DNA from: Amoebophrya sp. A120
Taxonomy: Eukaryota > Protista > Dinoflagellata
NCBI GenBank assembly: GCA_905178155.1
Contig: CAJINV010000002.1
Coordinates: 2,512,226-2,576,225, forward strand
Length of the DNA stretch: 64,000 bases
Direction of reading: 5' to 3'
Part shown: positions 1-12,039 of the stretch, one piece after another
Layout of the letters: every line of letters begins with the position of its first letter
Position numbering within the stretch: position 1 is the stretch's first letter
The notes under the pieces: generated by a model
Told to the model about the DNA's origin: nothing
Database searches by the model: none
Seen by the model: only the letters and a program-made list of their open reading frames with translations
Made by a program: the position numbers and the translations under genes

Positions 1-206
1 TGTCGCGGTCGCTTTGTTTCGGCCTTGGCTTTCTCGCATTTGGGCCCCAGCTTTCTCAAATGGCCTCCCTTCGCGCCTGGCCGCTGGCGCTTCCTTCCTT
101 CGCCCCCGGGGCCTCGGCCTGCTTGGCCTCACTCGCCCACCTAGGGGCCCCGGCCTACGGCCCCATAGCCTATCGCGTCGGGGCCCAGAGAGGTGGCCGG
201 GGCTTC

Positions 207-1274
207 CTAGGTTGCAAGCCTCTCCCTTTTTCTCGGTTTCCCGATTCTCGTTGATCGAGGCTCTGTGGCGACAAAAACTGCCGACTTGTAGGGTATTGTA
301 GCATCGCTAGTATTTATCATGTTGTTGCACAACAAGAAAATGAGAAAATTAACCAGTACTGCTTTCTTCAGCGCGTCGGACTCCGCAACGCCGATATGGA
401 AATGAAAAATCCCCCCTCCCCATATCAAAACGGAAATTTGTGATGCTGATTTGTGGCCACAAATCATCTTTGTCTTGCATATAGGGTCATAGTAGCCATT
501 TGACGCATTCCAGAGCAAGTCTGTCATGCGCTTTCGACTACTGCAAACCTGTTTGCCATGCGCAATTGCTAGCCTTCTGCATACCCAAACAGGGTCAGAA
601 AATGCCACCAAGCACTTTCTGCAAGACAGATCTGATTTGTGTACGCAAATCCAGCATCAAAAACTTCGTTTCGATATGGGGAGGGGGGGTTTTCCTCTCA
701 ATAGCCGGCAAAGAAAATCAACGCGGCCACCAAGGTTCCAAACAGCATCAGAAGGCAGGCCCGACCTCCCGTCCCGGCGCTCGAGGGTTTGCTGGTGCTG
801 TGCGGAGGCGGACCGCCAGCCGCCTTCCACGTCGCATGATTTCCGGCAGTGCCCGCGTCGATGTCCCGGAGCAGCCGCGCCGTCACCGAGGCACTGTCTT
901 CGCCGTTTTGATGTTCCGACGTGGTGTTTATGCATGGAAAATATGCCTGGGTCTGGAAGATTGCAACTTGTCATGCTAAATCTCAACCATCCAAACATCT
1001 GTGTTGCATGACGGCCACAAGCTGTCCGCTCTTGACCAAGTTCTTGAGGGGGAGTTTCTCATGCAGGCAGGATAGGCAGGATACAGACCTCACAGAGTCT
1101 ATCATGCTTGGCCCCGCATTCCAGACTTATTTACGGGTCATGGAAAACCTGCATGACAAACCTTGCACTCTTCCAGACCCAGACCACGCATTTGCATTTG
1201 ATAATGTTCGTCGTGTTTTCGTTGCCATACACGGCCACGAATTCGGCCGTGCCGTCCAGATTTTGCCGCAGCAT
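207..1274 (-). CDS. Hypothetical spliced protein with a hydrophobic segment (ends uncertain)
   Basis: Removing inserts 929-1203 and 395-703 (+5 nt each) gives MLRQNLDGTAEFVAVYGNENTTNTTSEHQ...LLMLFGTLVAALIFFAGVAESDALKKA. The true start and 3' end are unresolved. Confidence 0.45.
395..703. mobile_element. Introner-like intron, family B
   Basis: TIR TATGGAAATGAAAAATCCCCCCTCCCCATAT; DR GCCGA/GCCGG. Confidence 0.85.
929..1203. mobile_element. Introner-like intron, family A
   Basis: TIR core CTGGGTCTGGAAG; DR GTGTT/ATGTT. Confidence 0.85.
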
Positions 1275-2804
1275 TTTTCCTTCACGGTTGGTTCTTCTGG
1301 TGTGTCAGCTCGCAAAGTCGAGAGTTTGGTTTATTTCTCGTCTTCGCTACGGATGGAGAGCGGCGTCTTCTCGCGGTAGCTTCAAGTAGTAGAGTTTATT
1401 TTTGTCGCAGAGCTTTTCTTCTCGTAGTTCTCGCCCTCGTGGAAATAATTTGTGCTTTGTGAAGTTATGGGAAAAGTTTTTGATAATTATTGTAACAATA
1501 GACATCAACAAAAAAAGGGTGCAGTTCGTTAAGTGGCGAGAAGTGGAGATGGGTGGTTCTTCTTCTTTGAATTCAGTACGTCGGAAATATAGTTCTTTAA
1601 GTGTTGAGGAGGCGTTCTTTAGGTGATTTAATATTTTCGGCAGTTCTTTAGGTAGTTGATGATGCAAAACAAGAACAACAGTCAGAGACAAAAGCAAATC
1701 TTAAAGCTAAATGCGGCGGGGGTGGAAAAATTATGCAAAAACAAAACAAAAATTTTGGGTTGTGACAAAAACCACCGATCAGTGCGGGGATAGCAGTCAC
1801 TGTGAGCAGAACAAAGAGAAACAACGTGTCAACTACATCAATGCGATCATATAGTCAGTTCTTCCAAATGGCCGGCAGCGGACTACTAGTACGTAGTACT
1901 CAATTTCTATTCCTATCTCCACCGAGGAACGAGGTAAGATCGCATACTAGACAGACAGAAGATACCTCCGTACTAGACGAACGAACGTTTAGTAGGCGCA
2001 CGATAATATGTTGTGTACGAGGAAGAGGTATACTGGTGCAGAAAACGATCACCAAACCGACGCTGGCGCGCATTTTCATGATGTTTGTCCGGAAATAAAA
2101 CCGAGGGAACTGCGACGCCATACGGCGCGACCGAGGCTGCTCGGAGTTGCAGTACAGAGAAGTTGTGCCGCATTAGTTCTTTTCAACGAAACCGAAACGA
2201 AGGGAGTTTTAAAGGTAGAGCTGTGTCGGCTTGCGTGTCCTTAGAAATATGGACGAATTTTCTTCTTGGACGATACGGGAAAGCCACACCACCGACAGTA
2301 GTGCGTGGGAGAGAAATCTTTCTCAAGAACCTCGTGCGATTTAATTGTTCTCTTCATCAGAAGGGGATAGTACGTACTACCACCAGCACACCACCTACGC
2401 AATAAATCCCGTTGCAATTTTGTATCGCACGGCGTTTAGATGAATCATATCACAGCACCGACAGAGAGCTGCCACGACAACGACCGAGATACAAAAAAGA
2501 TCAATCCTAGCTCGGGGTAACACGGTAACATGCTTTCATTTTTCAGCGCAAGGTGATGCTCCACCTTTCATGCGCTTTCGCAGAAGGAATGCTGCCTGGT
2601 TGTGAATGTTCGCTGTAACAAGAAACCTATCTTTACTCAGGTCGCGGTCGTGCTGCCCCACAATAAATGATCGGGCGGAAAAAATAAATTATGTGCAAGA
2701 TCAACTAGAGAGGGCCTTGCAGATGATGTCAACCCCTTTCTGAAACAGCACCTTCCTTATTTATTTCGAGATAGTCAGAAACGACGAATATACGAATAGC
2801 ACTC

Positions 2805-5800
2805 TTATTCGTCCGGCTCCAGCATTTCCAGAGCGATCTCCATATCCCCAAGAAAAGCACACCCATAGAAGCACCAGAGAGAAAAAAAATTTGTCGGGCT
2901 GTTTCTTGTGCTGTCGCATGACAAGTGCATTTGATGTTGTTCTGGGTAGATTTATTGTCATGCGGATTCGCATTACATTCTCGATTATGCATGACAAAAA
3001 ACGAAAACCGCTTCTCTTGACATCAATCAGCATCATATTGTTTTTGCGCTACCAGAAAAACAGCAACACAAATTCGATCTTCATCTGGTATGGGTACACG
3101 TGTTTTCTGTAACATATTTCAGATTCTCGATATCCTTCGCCCGTTTTTCTATCCTGTGTAAAAACAACGTCCCCACCCCAGAGTCAAGATGGCAATTCTG
3201 CAACACAAATCCAGAAGTTTTGGGAGTCCCGCATGACAAGTTGTTCTCTGTACTTTAATGGTGCGGGTTGGCAAAGACAGCCGCATGTTCACAAAACCAT
3301 CCTGGTATTCTGTTCTCAGCATCACAAATTGCATGATAACGCGATTGAAAATAAAAATGCCTCTCATGGGGATACCCATTGCAAGTTTTCCTGTGATTGT
3401 AATTCTGTATGACAACTCTTGGGAGGTGCGGACGTTTTTACCCAGGATATTTTCCTTCTTTTCCTTCTCCAGTTTCGCCGCCACCTCCGGGTTGGAAACT
3501 ACCTCGCACTGCAGCTCCAGCTCTTGCTTCTGTTTCTTACAGCTTTCGATTTCCTCCAGCGCTATCCAAGAGAAAAAAGTGATGTTGTAGAAGACTGACA
3601 TGTTGACCAGTTTCACGAAACTTTTTCCTGCAGGACGACAGGAGAGGTCTCAAAAAGATACACACGTCAGTTCTTTACACTTCTAACCTACAACATAATT
3701 TTCCTTGGTTACACGTTGCCGCGAGTTCATTTTCCAGTTCTGTCAAATCGGCGTTTGAGTTCGCATATCAAATGCAAAAGTGTCTGGGTCTGGAAGATTG
3801 CCATGTTTGTCATGCACATTTTGCTTGACTCCTGATGTCTGTGCTGCATGCTCTAGCATCACAGAGTTTGTGAGGGCTTCCTGATGCCTATACCGCATGA
3901 CAAATGCTCTTTCCGTGGAGCAAAACTTGGACTCTCTTTGCTGCTCATGCAATACAGATTTTTATTTTTTTGAAATCCAAAATCAGCATGACAAGCTGGA
4001 TTCTTCCAGACCCAGACATTTTTACAGTTGATATCGCAACGCTTCGCTTCAGGTTCTTCTTTTCCGAGTCGAGTACGGCCTGCTCTTCTTTCATGGACTG
4101 GACATTATGCACTGCAAATATGTGGTCTCCGGCGTGCAAGTTTGAACTTGTAATGCTCGTCCATACATTCCTGTGACATCTGTATTGCATGACCAGCTAG
4201 AGCCGTAGCCTCTTTTGTCACACAAAAAACGCAGTTTCTGATGCGGAATGTGTACGGGAAAAAACCGTTCTGAAAATTCTGGAGAGTTGTCATGCTTGAC
4301 TGCATTCGAGAGTGTTTTCGCCATCCACTTTTTCGCATCACAAGTACTATCCAGACGTCCAGGGTGGAGTTTTGCAGTGCATAGACATTTTCTTCGAACA
4401 TTTTTTTCTCATTCTCCTCCCCCGCGGTCAGTTCCAGCAGCTGCTTGGAGTAGTTATGCATTGCAACTATGTCTGGGTCTGGAAGGATGCGAACTTGTGA
4501 TGCATGTGGCGGATCATACCAACATTTGTGTTGCGTGACTTGCAAAAGGCGCCCATTTTTGGTTTATGCCGAGAGGAAATTTGTCATGCAGAACAGGCAT
4601 CACCAAGGGGTTGCAGATCGTGTGATGCTAGGCCCTGCTTTCCAGACTTGGCGGAGCTTGGAAAAACTGCATGACAAATCTCGGACCCTTCCAGACCGAG
4701 ACAATTTTGCATCTGATAGTAGTCCAGCTCTAGCTTTTCCAGCAGGGAAAAAATCTTGTCTTTGGTCGATACAACAGTTTCTGACTCCTGCGAAGAGGAA
4801 GAAGAAGAGGAAGAAGAAGTCACCGCTTCTCCCGTCCCGTAAAACTTTTCCAGCACCACCCGCGCCCTCGCGACCGCTTCCCCGGAGGCTTTCGCATTCG
4901 TGGTTTCTTTCTCGTTTTCGTTCTTCTTCTCCGTGCGGAGAGCCGTCATCTGGTCCTTGTCCTCGCTGATCTTTTTCATTTTCTTATCAAAAGGAAAAAT
5001 CCCCCCTCCCCATATTGAAAACAGTAAAGCGCGTCCTTGTGATGCAGATTTGTGGCCACAAATCTTGTCTGTCTTGCCAGGAGGCAAATCCAGAGAGCCC
5101 GCCGCGATATGCAGGCAGTTTGTAATGCTGCAAGGCCTACAGGGCAGACGTCTGCCATGCTAGGCCCCTACACCAAAAAGCCCCCCCTTAGGCTTGGGAT
5201 CTGCGTGCAATGCTTTCCTGCAAGAAAAATGTGATTTGTGTACACAAATCCCGCATCACAGATTTCCGTTTTGATATGGGGAGGGGGGATTTTTCATTTT
5301 GATATTTCTCCGCGATACTCTCCAGCTTCGATGCCATCTGCTCCAGTCTCTATCCTACGTAGAAACGTCCCCAACCCATGGCTGTCATGCAAATCTGCAT
5401 GCTCAGAATGTTTCTCATGCGGAGCGCCATGAGAAGCATTTCCGATTCGTGTTTCGGAATTTGCAATGCTCCAATCAGCAGAATAGGCTAGATCTGTCAC
5501 GCTGCTGGACGACCTAAAGAGCACTACACTATGAGGCTAAACTTGTCATGCGCAACAGCCTAAGCTTGAGGATTTGTATAGCAGATTTCCCATTTTGACT
5601 ATGGGGCAGGGATGTTTTTACTCAGGATAGACTTGCTTCCAAATTCTCTTTTTTGATCCCCAAGTCCGCTTGCTTTTGGTTCGCGGAGGCAAGTTCTTCC
5701 TTGTTGTTACCCAATTGCTCGTATCAAGTGCAAATATGTCTGGGTCTGGAAACTTGTGCTGCTGGATTGTCAATAGTGAATGCTCTGCAATGCACAGGAG

Positions 5801-8800
5801 CCAAGCATGAGAAATAATCTTTGCGCGGCTTAGTATTGCGCTTTTCTTTTTCGCATGACAAATTGCGTTTTTGCATGACAAGCAAAAGGGTCTCTTCCTG
5901 GACACGCATCACAAGCTCTTTAGTCATGCCAGACAAGCATGACAAACTTTGCACCCTTCCAGACCCAAACATATTTGCAATGCGTAGCTCCGTGCAGAAC
6001 TGCTCCTTTTTCAAATTTTTCGCCGCCTCTTTTTCCAATTTCGCAATCATGTCCGCGATCATCTTTTTCACGCTGTCAAAAGCATCGTTTCCGCTGCGGA
6101 GACTGAGGTTGACTTGCGTCCCGTATCCTGTGTAAAAACGTCCCCACCCCATAGTCAAGGTGGGGATTTTGCAACATACACCTAGAAGCTTTGGGACTCA
6201 CGCATTACAAATGGCAGTCAGTAGTGTAGTGCAGGTTAGCAAGGACACCCGCATCACAAATCCATCTGCTTATCCTGGTGACAGCATTACAAATGCCAAA
6301 ACACGACTAGAAACGCCTCTCATGGAGATACGCATTACAAATGTTCCTGTCATTGCAAATCTGCATCTCAACTCTGGGGTGGGGACGTCTTTACAAATGA
6401 TATTCCGGCTTTGCTCTTCATCAGAAACTTCGCCGTGTTCCGGAGTTTCTCGGCCAGAAAAGCGACGGGAGACGAGGCTGGAGAACGACGAAAATGATTA
6501 TAATTTGAAGAGCTTTTATTGCTCTGCCCCAGTACTATTTCATCCACTTGCGACTGGCTAGTCCTGATCTTATTTCCTTCGTCAGAAGGAGCGCTTTCAC
6601 TTTGTTCCTGCGCAGTGTCAGCGTCAGCAGAAAAAATCACGTCGGCCGCTTTTTGCAACAAATACGGCAGCTGCTGCGCTCTCGATGGCTGTAGCTGTTG
6701 TGCTTTGGTGAGTGTTCTTGAAGCTGCCGTTTGCAGGAAAGTAGAGGGGGGTTCTCCTTCTGTGTCCGGTGTTGCTGCGGAGGTGCTATCAGCAGTAGAT
6801 GAAGACCCCGCATCAGAAGAAGAAGAAGTGAACAAACTGTCCACGTCAATGATCGAAGCAGAAGCTCTTGCACCAGATTGCTCAGCGGCATTGGAAACCA
6901 GAAAACTGGCCTTCTGCCCTCCATCAGGATTTTTTTCCGAATTAGTCCCTGCTAAAACTTCTACCGCCTCCTTCAAAGCTTCCGCTTCCTCCTGCTTCAC
7001 TTTGATCTCTTCCTCGTACTCCCGCGTCCGCACCCGCAGTGTCGTCTTCGCCTGTTTCGACGCCTGCTTCGCCTTTGCGAACTGGACCGTCTTTTCCTCT
7101 AATTCTTGCTCGAACTTCGCGGACTCAGTTTCCTTCTTCCCGATGCGTTCCTCCAAATCCGCTTGTTGCTGCTTCAGATTTTTCACGCGGGTGCGCATCG
7201 AGGATAACTGCAGCTCGCAATTGTGCGACCGTTCGTTCTCGGCCACAAGGCGCTGCTTCTTTTCTTCCTGCAACTTGTCCGACATGTCGGTCAAGAGCTG
7301 TAGGATGCGGGAGTAGGAAGTTGTGGGGGATTTTTCTTTCAGCTGTTCTTTTCCTCGTAGACCAACAGTGGAAAAGTTCGACAAGTCCTCTCGCAGCAAC
7401 TGGGTTGACGACGCCCTTTCGACTTCTACCCCTGCTTTCTCTGTATTAGTGCTGGTCGAAGCTGCAGCCTTAGCTAACTGGAGAAACAACGACGGCGGCC
7501 GCTGCTGGGTGGAAGGAGAAGACGAAGAAGTACTAAATGACTTCTCCTCCAGTAGCATTTTCTTTTGAAATCTCTCTTCCTTCTCCAACCTCGCGTTGAC
7601 TTCTTGCTTTTCTTGCAAAACTTTCTTGTCCTCCATTTTTTTCTTCTCCGCAACCATTTCCTGCATTAGCATCTTGTCCGCGGAGGTTATGAGTGCGAAA
7701 TCTAAACATGGCGAATCAGCATGCGAAAAAACCGACATGCAACTACTCCGTGTTGCGATAAAAATCTAGATGAACCTGCATGCTATTGTGTATGCCGCAA
7801 TGCAAAGTTGTTTTGTGAACCACGCCATGCAACACAAATTGTTCCGACTCATCTTCCCGATTCACACATCATAACCTCCTCCGCGTCTTCCGTTTTCTCC
7901 TCGTTCTTCTCCATCGTCTCCATCTTGGAAATCAGCTGCCTCTTGGGGTTTATGCATGAGAAAAGTGCTACATGTAGGCGACTACGCAATACAAATTTTT
8001 TCAAACAAAATCAAACTTGTTATGCTCGGAGCCGTATAATCTGTTCACATAATACTCTGGTCGTTGTACTCTACAAATATGAAACTCTTTTCCCCAACCG
8101 GATAACCTTTTCAATCGTTTTGATCGACTTTTCCGTTTTGTCAAAAGCGGTCCGAAACTCCCGCAGCTCCGTCTGGCACTGCCCTTTTTTCTCTTCCTTC
8201 TTCTGTTCGAGCGGCCCTAATTCTTCACTTCCCACCTTTTCCAGAGCGAGTTTTGCTGCTTCGCGGTCACCGGTCGTTTTCTCGCGCAAAGCGGACAGTT
8301 CCACGAGGGTGGTTTTCAGTTCCTCCAGATTTTGTTCCGTATCTGCGACCTCGTGTTTCAGGAGTTGCTCCTCTTGCGCAAACTGCTTCTCCGCTTCGGA
8401 GGTCGCGGATTCGTTATCCTGTGCAAAAGCACCATCGCACTCGTAGTAGTTGCAGCCATGCATGACAAATCCAACTTTCTACCGGGACTAGCATGACAAG
8501 TTGCGTTTTTGTTCGTGAGAAAATTTGTGATGCACCAAATCGTACTAGTGCGATACTTTTGCAATGCGTATTCGTTCTCGGTTTCTAACTTCTTCAACAG
8601 CTCGACCACTTGCTGCACACCCGCTGCCGTCGCGGCAGATGCGCTATCGCTTCCCAGTCCCTCCGCTGCGGTCGTCGACGCGACCAGCCTGATACCCTGT
8701 ACCGCGAACGAATTTGTCCGGTGGCCGACGAGGAGAGCGAGGAGCAGGGGCGTTGAACAGCCGGCAGAAGTGCGGAGGATGGACTTGCAATTCCTCGCGG

Positions 8801-8885
8801 TAGATGAGCCTAGAGGCGGTCCTTCGCGACGGCGGGACCGCCGCCGTTGCGGCGAAGGACCCGCAATTGGTAGACGTTTCATCAT
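2805..8885 (-). CDS. Multi-exon coiled-coil protein with an N-terminal hydrophobic stretch, resembling dinoflagellate-type secreted coiled-coil proteins
   Basis: 12 TIR inserts plus one GT-AG intron (8085-7942) join in frame: ..GVQQVVELLKKLETENESAT..; ..GNDAFDSVKKMIADMIAKLEKEAAKNLKKEQFCTEQLGNN..; ends ..EKRAKDIENLKIALEMLEPDE* (TAA at 2807-2805). Start codon uncertain. Confidence 0.8.
2843..3116. mobile_element. Degenerate introner-like intron
   Basis: Weak TIR; DR CTCCA/TTTCA; frame restored. Confidence 0.65.
3150..3449. mobile_element. Introner-like intron, family C
   Basis: TIR TATCCTGTGTAAAAAC..GTCCCCACCCCA; DR TTTTC. Confidence 0.9.
3563..3711. mobile_element. Degenerate introner-like intron
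   Basis: TIR TATCCAAG..ATGTTGTAG / CTACAACAT..CTTGGTTA; DR decayed; frame restored. Confidence 0.65.
3766..4033. mobile_element. Introner-like intron, family A
   Basis: TIR TATCAAATGCAAAAGTGTCTGGGTCTGGAAG; DR TCGCA. Confidence 0.9.
4106..4383. mobile_element. Introner-like intron, diverged family A
   Basis: TIR TATGCACTGCAAA; DR GACAT. Confidence 0.85.
4455..4718. mobile_element. Introner-like intron, family A
   Basis: Family A TIR; DR GTAGT. Confidence 0.9.
4985..5304. mobile_element. Introner-like intron, family B
   Basis: Family B TIR; DR TTTCT. Confidence 0.9.
5351..5629. mobile_element. Introner-like intron, family C
   Basis: Family C TIR; DR GTCTC/GACTT; frame restored. Confidence 0.8.
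5722..5986. mobile_element. Introner-like intron, family A
   Basis: Family A TIR; DR GCTCG/GCTCC. Confidence 0.9.
6124..6402. mobile_element. Introner-like intron, family C
   Basis: Family C TIR; DR TCCCG/TTCCG. Confidence 0.9.
7682..7879. mobile_element. Introner-like intron with atypical GGAGG termini
   Basis: TIR GGAGGTTATGA/TCATAACCTCC; DR TCCGC; frame restored (EDADKML). Confidence 0.8.
7942..8085 (-). other. Canonical GT-AG intron
   Basis: Minus strand GTTTCAT...CCCCAAG joins RLGKR|RQLISK in frame. Confidence 0.6.
8415..8570. mobile_element. Introner-like intron, family D
   Basis: TIR GCAAAAG..ATCGCACT; DR TTCGT. Confidence 0.9.
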
Positions 8886-9339
8886 CTTCCGGGCGGCGCA
8901 GCGGGTAGTAGTCGAGAGAGGACGCTGGTGTTAAAAGCCCGACCAGAAGATGAAACCGCCGGCGGTCGGAGTTGTACTTGTTCCCGCACTTATTCTTCAC
9001 GTCCGCATGGCGAGCTCGCTGTGTCGGCCGGGGCGGCAGCCGTGCCGGCTCGAGAAGGCCGGAAAGTTGCTGCGCGGGCACTACATTTTGCGGCGCCGGG
9101 TTCTCTAGCGCCGGCAGTTCGAAACGAAAGGAGGACGGGGCTTGCGGGACGTGTGTGCGACAGGAAGTAGCTACTCAGTGGAGTGGCAGAAGTCATTGTA
9201 GCGCGTCTCGATAGTGCATGCTCTCGCCCCATCGTTGTTGGGGGCCTATCGAATGCTAATTCTTACTCTCGTTCCACCCGTCTCCTCTCAACTCCGTGGC
9301 GCCCCCGTGTGGAGCGACCTCTACGCGCTCCTTTCGCTC

Positions 9340-11620
9340 TCGGGCATAGCCTCGCGCCGGGGTTCGCGGCGTCGCCACCTTTCCGGAGGACCACCGGCGC
9401 GAATGGTAGGGAGCGCGCCCGCTTCCGGCCCCCGAAAAAGCCTCGGCCGATCGGCGCCCCGCGTGTGGGGCCCGGCGCAGGTATGGCGGGAAGAGGCCGG
9501 GCCGCGCGACGCGCCGCCCGGGGTAACGACCCACGAGATGCGCCGCGGACCCGCCCGGCGCCGGCCCGCGATGCTGGTTTTCTCTTACCACACCTGCGCG
9601 CGAGTCGCGGCGCCGTGTGGGCGCCGCTTCAGCTGCGGGGCGAGCAGTGTACCAATGCTTGCGGCGCTGTCCGGTCGCGCTCCTATAGTTAGGGCGGCCC
9701 GGGCCCACGGTCTTCCACGATTCAGGCCTGGGGGGCCGGAGGCCCGAATGCGGGGCGGTACCCTATGCGGCCAATGCGGAAAATGTGCGCAAGCCAGCGG
9801 TCGCCGCCGGTGGATATAGAGGCAAGCCACAATCTGAAGGGTGCTGTGCACTGGCACACTCCCAATCCTGAGGGGGTCTGCCCCTCGTGGCTTGATCTGG
9901 GAGGTGCAATTTTTTCCAATTTTTTAAAAATGACGGAAAACAAAGCAAAACAGATCTGAGCGGCTCAATGTCTGGAGCAAAGTGCGTAAATACTAGATGC
10001 GACGTCTTTCACTGCTTCAAAATGTGGCATCTTTATGGTCTTACATCATAGTCAGAATTTTTCAGAAATTGCAAAATTTTTCAAAATGGAAAAAATATGG
10101 ACAAAGTGGGGAGAAATCAGTATGAGCATGCTTGGAGACTTGCAGAAATAGTAAAGCACTTCCCACACACATAGCGCGACTTGTTTTTTCCAGTCATTTT
10201 CCAGGAAAGTAGTTTTTTTAAATTTTTTTGAAAAATTTGAAAAATATGAAACCAGTGCAATTCTCCATGGTGATAAGCTTTTATAAATGAAGTCCTGGAA
10301 TTTATGCAAGTTCAGGCTAAGTGTGGAGCTTTTCAGATGCCGTCTGTCGATTATTTTTTAGAAACTGGAACTTTTCAAATTTTTCGAAATTTTTTTAGAT
10401 TTCAAAAATGTGTGGAAATGCCCGAAGTTTAATAATGTTTCACCTTACAAGTGAAAAGCTACACCATGCCCGTACTGTATGAGGGTGGCAGCTGTATTAT
10501 TAAGAACATTTTGAAGAATCATTGCCGTGCTGAAAATTAAAATTTTTCAAATTTTCGAAAAATTTTAAAACGCCTAAAAAAGTGCATATTGTTGCAATAT
10601 CCTGTCCAATGGAGAGAGTCTACGTGTGCCACTATGCAGATTCTCTATAATATTACCACAATTTGCGCACTTTCATGATATTTTCCCACATTTTGAGTTT
10701 TGCCGATTTTTTGAAAATTTCCAAAATCGTTGAAATTTGCAAGATTCACAGGGCCTGGCATCGCTGAAATGATAAAAGAAGGCACATTTATAACAGAGAC
10801 ACACTCTCCCAATGCTTTGTCTTGTAATTTTCACGAATGCCCTTGCGTGTGCATTTTTTTAGATTTTAAAGAGGTCGGTCCGGGGGTCCCTATGCCCAGA
10901 TCTGACGCAATCCCCTCCACTTGGTGCGCGGAAGGTGTGTCAACATGGCTCATGTGCCTCCTGTCAGTGGATTCCACTGCTTCCGCGCGGCGGGCGGCCG
11001 TTGATGAGTGCAGGCAATGGCATTAGATTCGGCCTCTTTCCTCCAATGCGTCAGACCCCCTTGGGGGCGCCTCCGCTTGGCCCACGCTTGGGGAAAAGTG
11101 GCTGCAAAAGCGCAGGCACAGCGCGTCGCGGCAGCATTTTTGGACCGGGTTCGGGAGGGGGTCCGGCAGTGCGGTTCCCTTCCGCGGCGGCCGCCCCGCG
11201 GCGCCGTCCGCGCAACAGTTGTTGCCATGCAAGCCCCTCTCCACATGCACCTAAACAAAGTGCGCAATTGCCGGGCGGGCGGCTCTGCTGCCGCTTCCTC
11301 GCAAGGCCACGTCCCCCACCTGGAAAGGGGGCGACCCCCGCAAGCGAAAACAGCCCCCTGCCGCGGAAGATCGGTTTGGTGCGATCAGGACCCGCCCGCG
11401 CGGCTCGCACCCGTCGCAGAAACTACATACGCGGTCCGTGCTGCGCACCCGGTCCCGCAGGGCAGTATTGCTAGTAGTAGATATTGCGGACCCGCCATCG
11501 GGCCCGCAAGCTGCGGCCCGCGCCGCCGATGCCAAAATGGGGGTACCGCGGGACCTACTTTCGGGCCGGTAGCTTCGAGCAGCGCGCCCTGACGCGCTGC
11601 GGCCGGCCGCAACTTTCCTT
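9340..11620. other. Divergent strand-switch intergenic block: AT-rich core (~9.9-10.87 kb) between two very GC-rich arms
   Basis: Sharp compositional shifts; A/T-tract clusters recur every ~150-165 bp; the flanking genes diverge. Confidence 0.6.
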
Positions 11621-12039
11621 GCCTAACCTAGAGCAGAAGATAGCGAAGAAGTAAGCGCCGATCTTCACGGCCACCACGGCTTGTTCCCTCCATCCCATCC
11701 CTTTTTGCAGGTCCGATCAGAATTCCATTTTACAGCGTTCCGAGTTCTTTCAACATTGTGCTACTCCAAACCATCTGCTCAGCGACCAGTGCTCTACTAC
11801 TAGACAGCGACACCTAAGTTCAAAAGCCGTTTCCTAAAAGGATCTTTCACACGCCCACAACTACAAGCTGCGTACCCGCGCCACAAGTTTAATATTTTTC
11901 ACAAAACGAAAAGCGCAACAACCGAGGCTGTAGTAAGTAGCGACAAGCCTTTCAACCTCCCTTTATTCTGCGGTAGAACTACAATTGTTCCTTTGACGCT
12001 AATTTACTTCTAGAAATCATCCACAACCCGCACAAAACT

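Noticed and set aside
490-503. Dinoflagellate spliced-leader relic (GTAGCCATTT)
   Set aside because: Only ~10 nt match and it lies inside an introner, so chance is likely.
9183-11612. Protein-coding ORFs in the GC-rich arms
   Set aside because: Overlapping R/P/A/G-rich ORFs in all frames are expected from extreme GC content, and no domain is recognisable.
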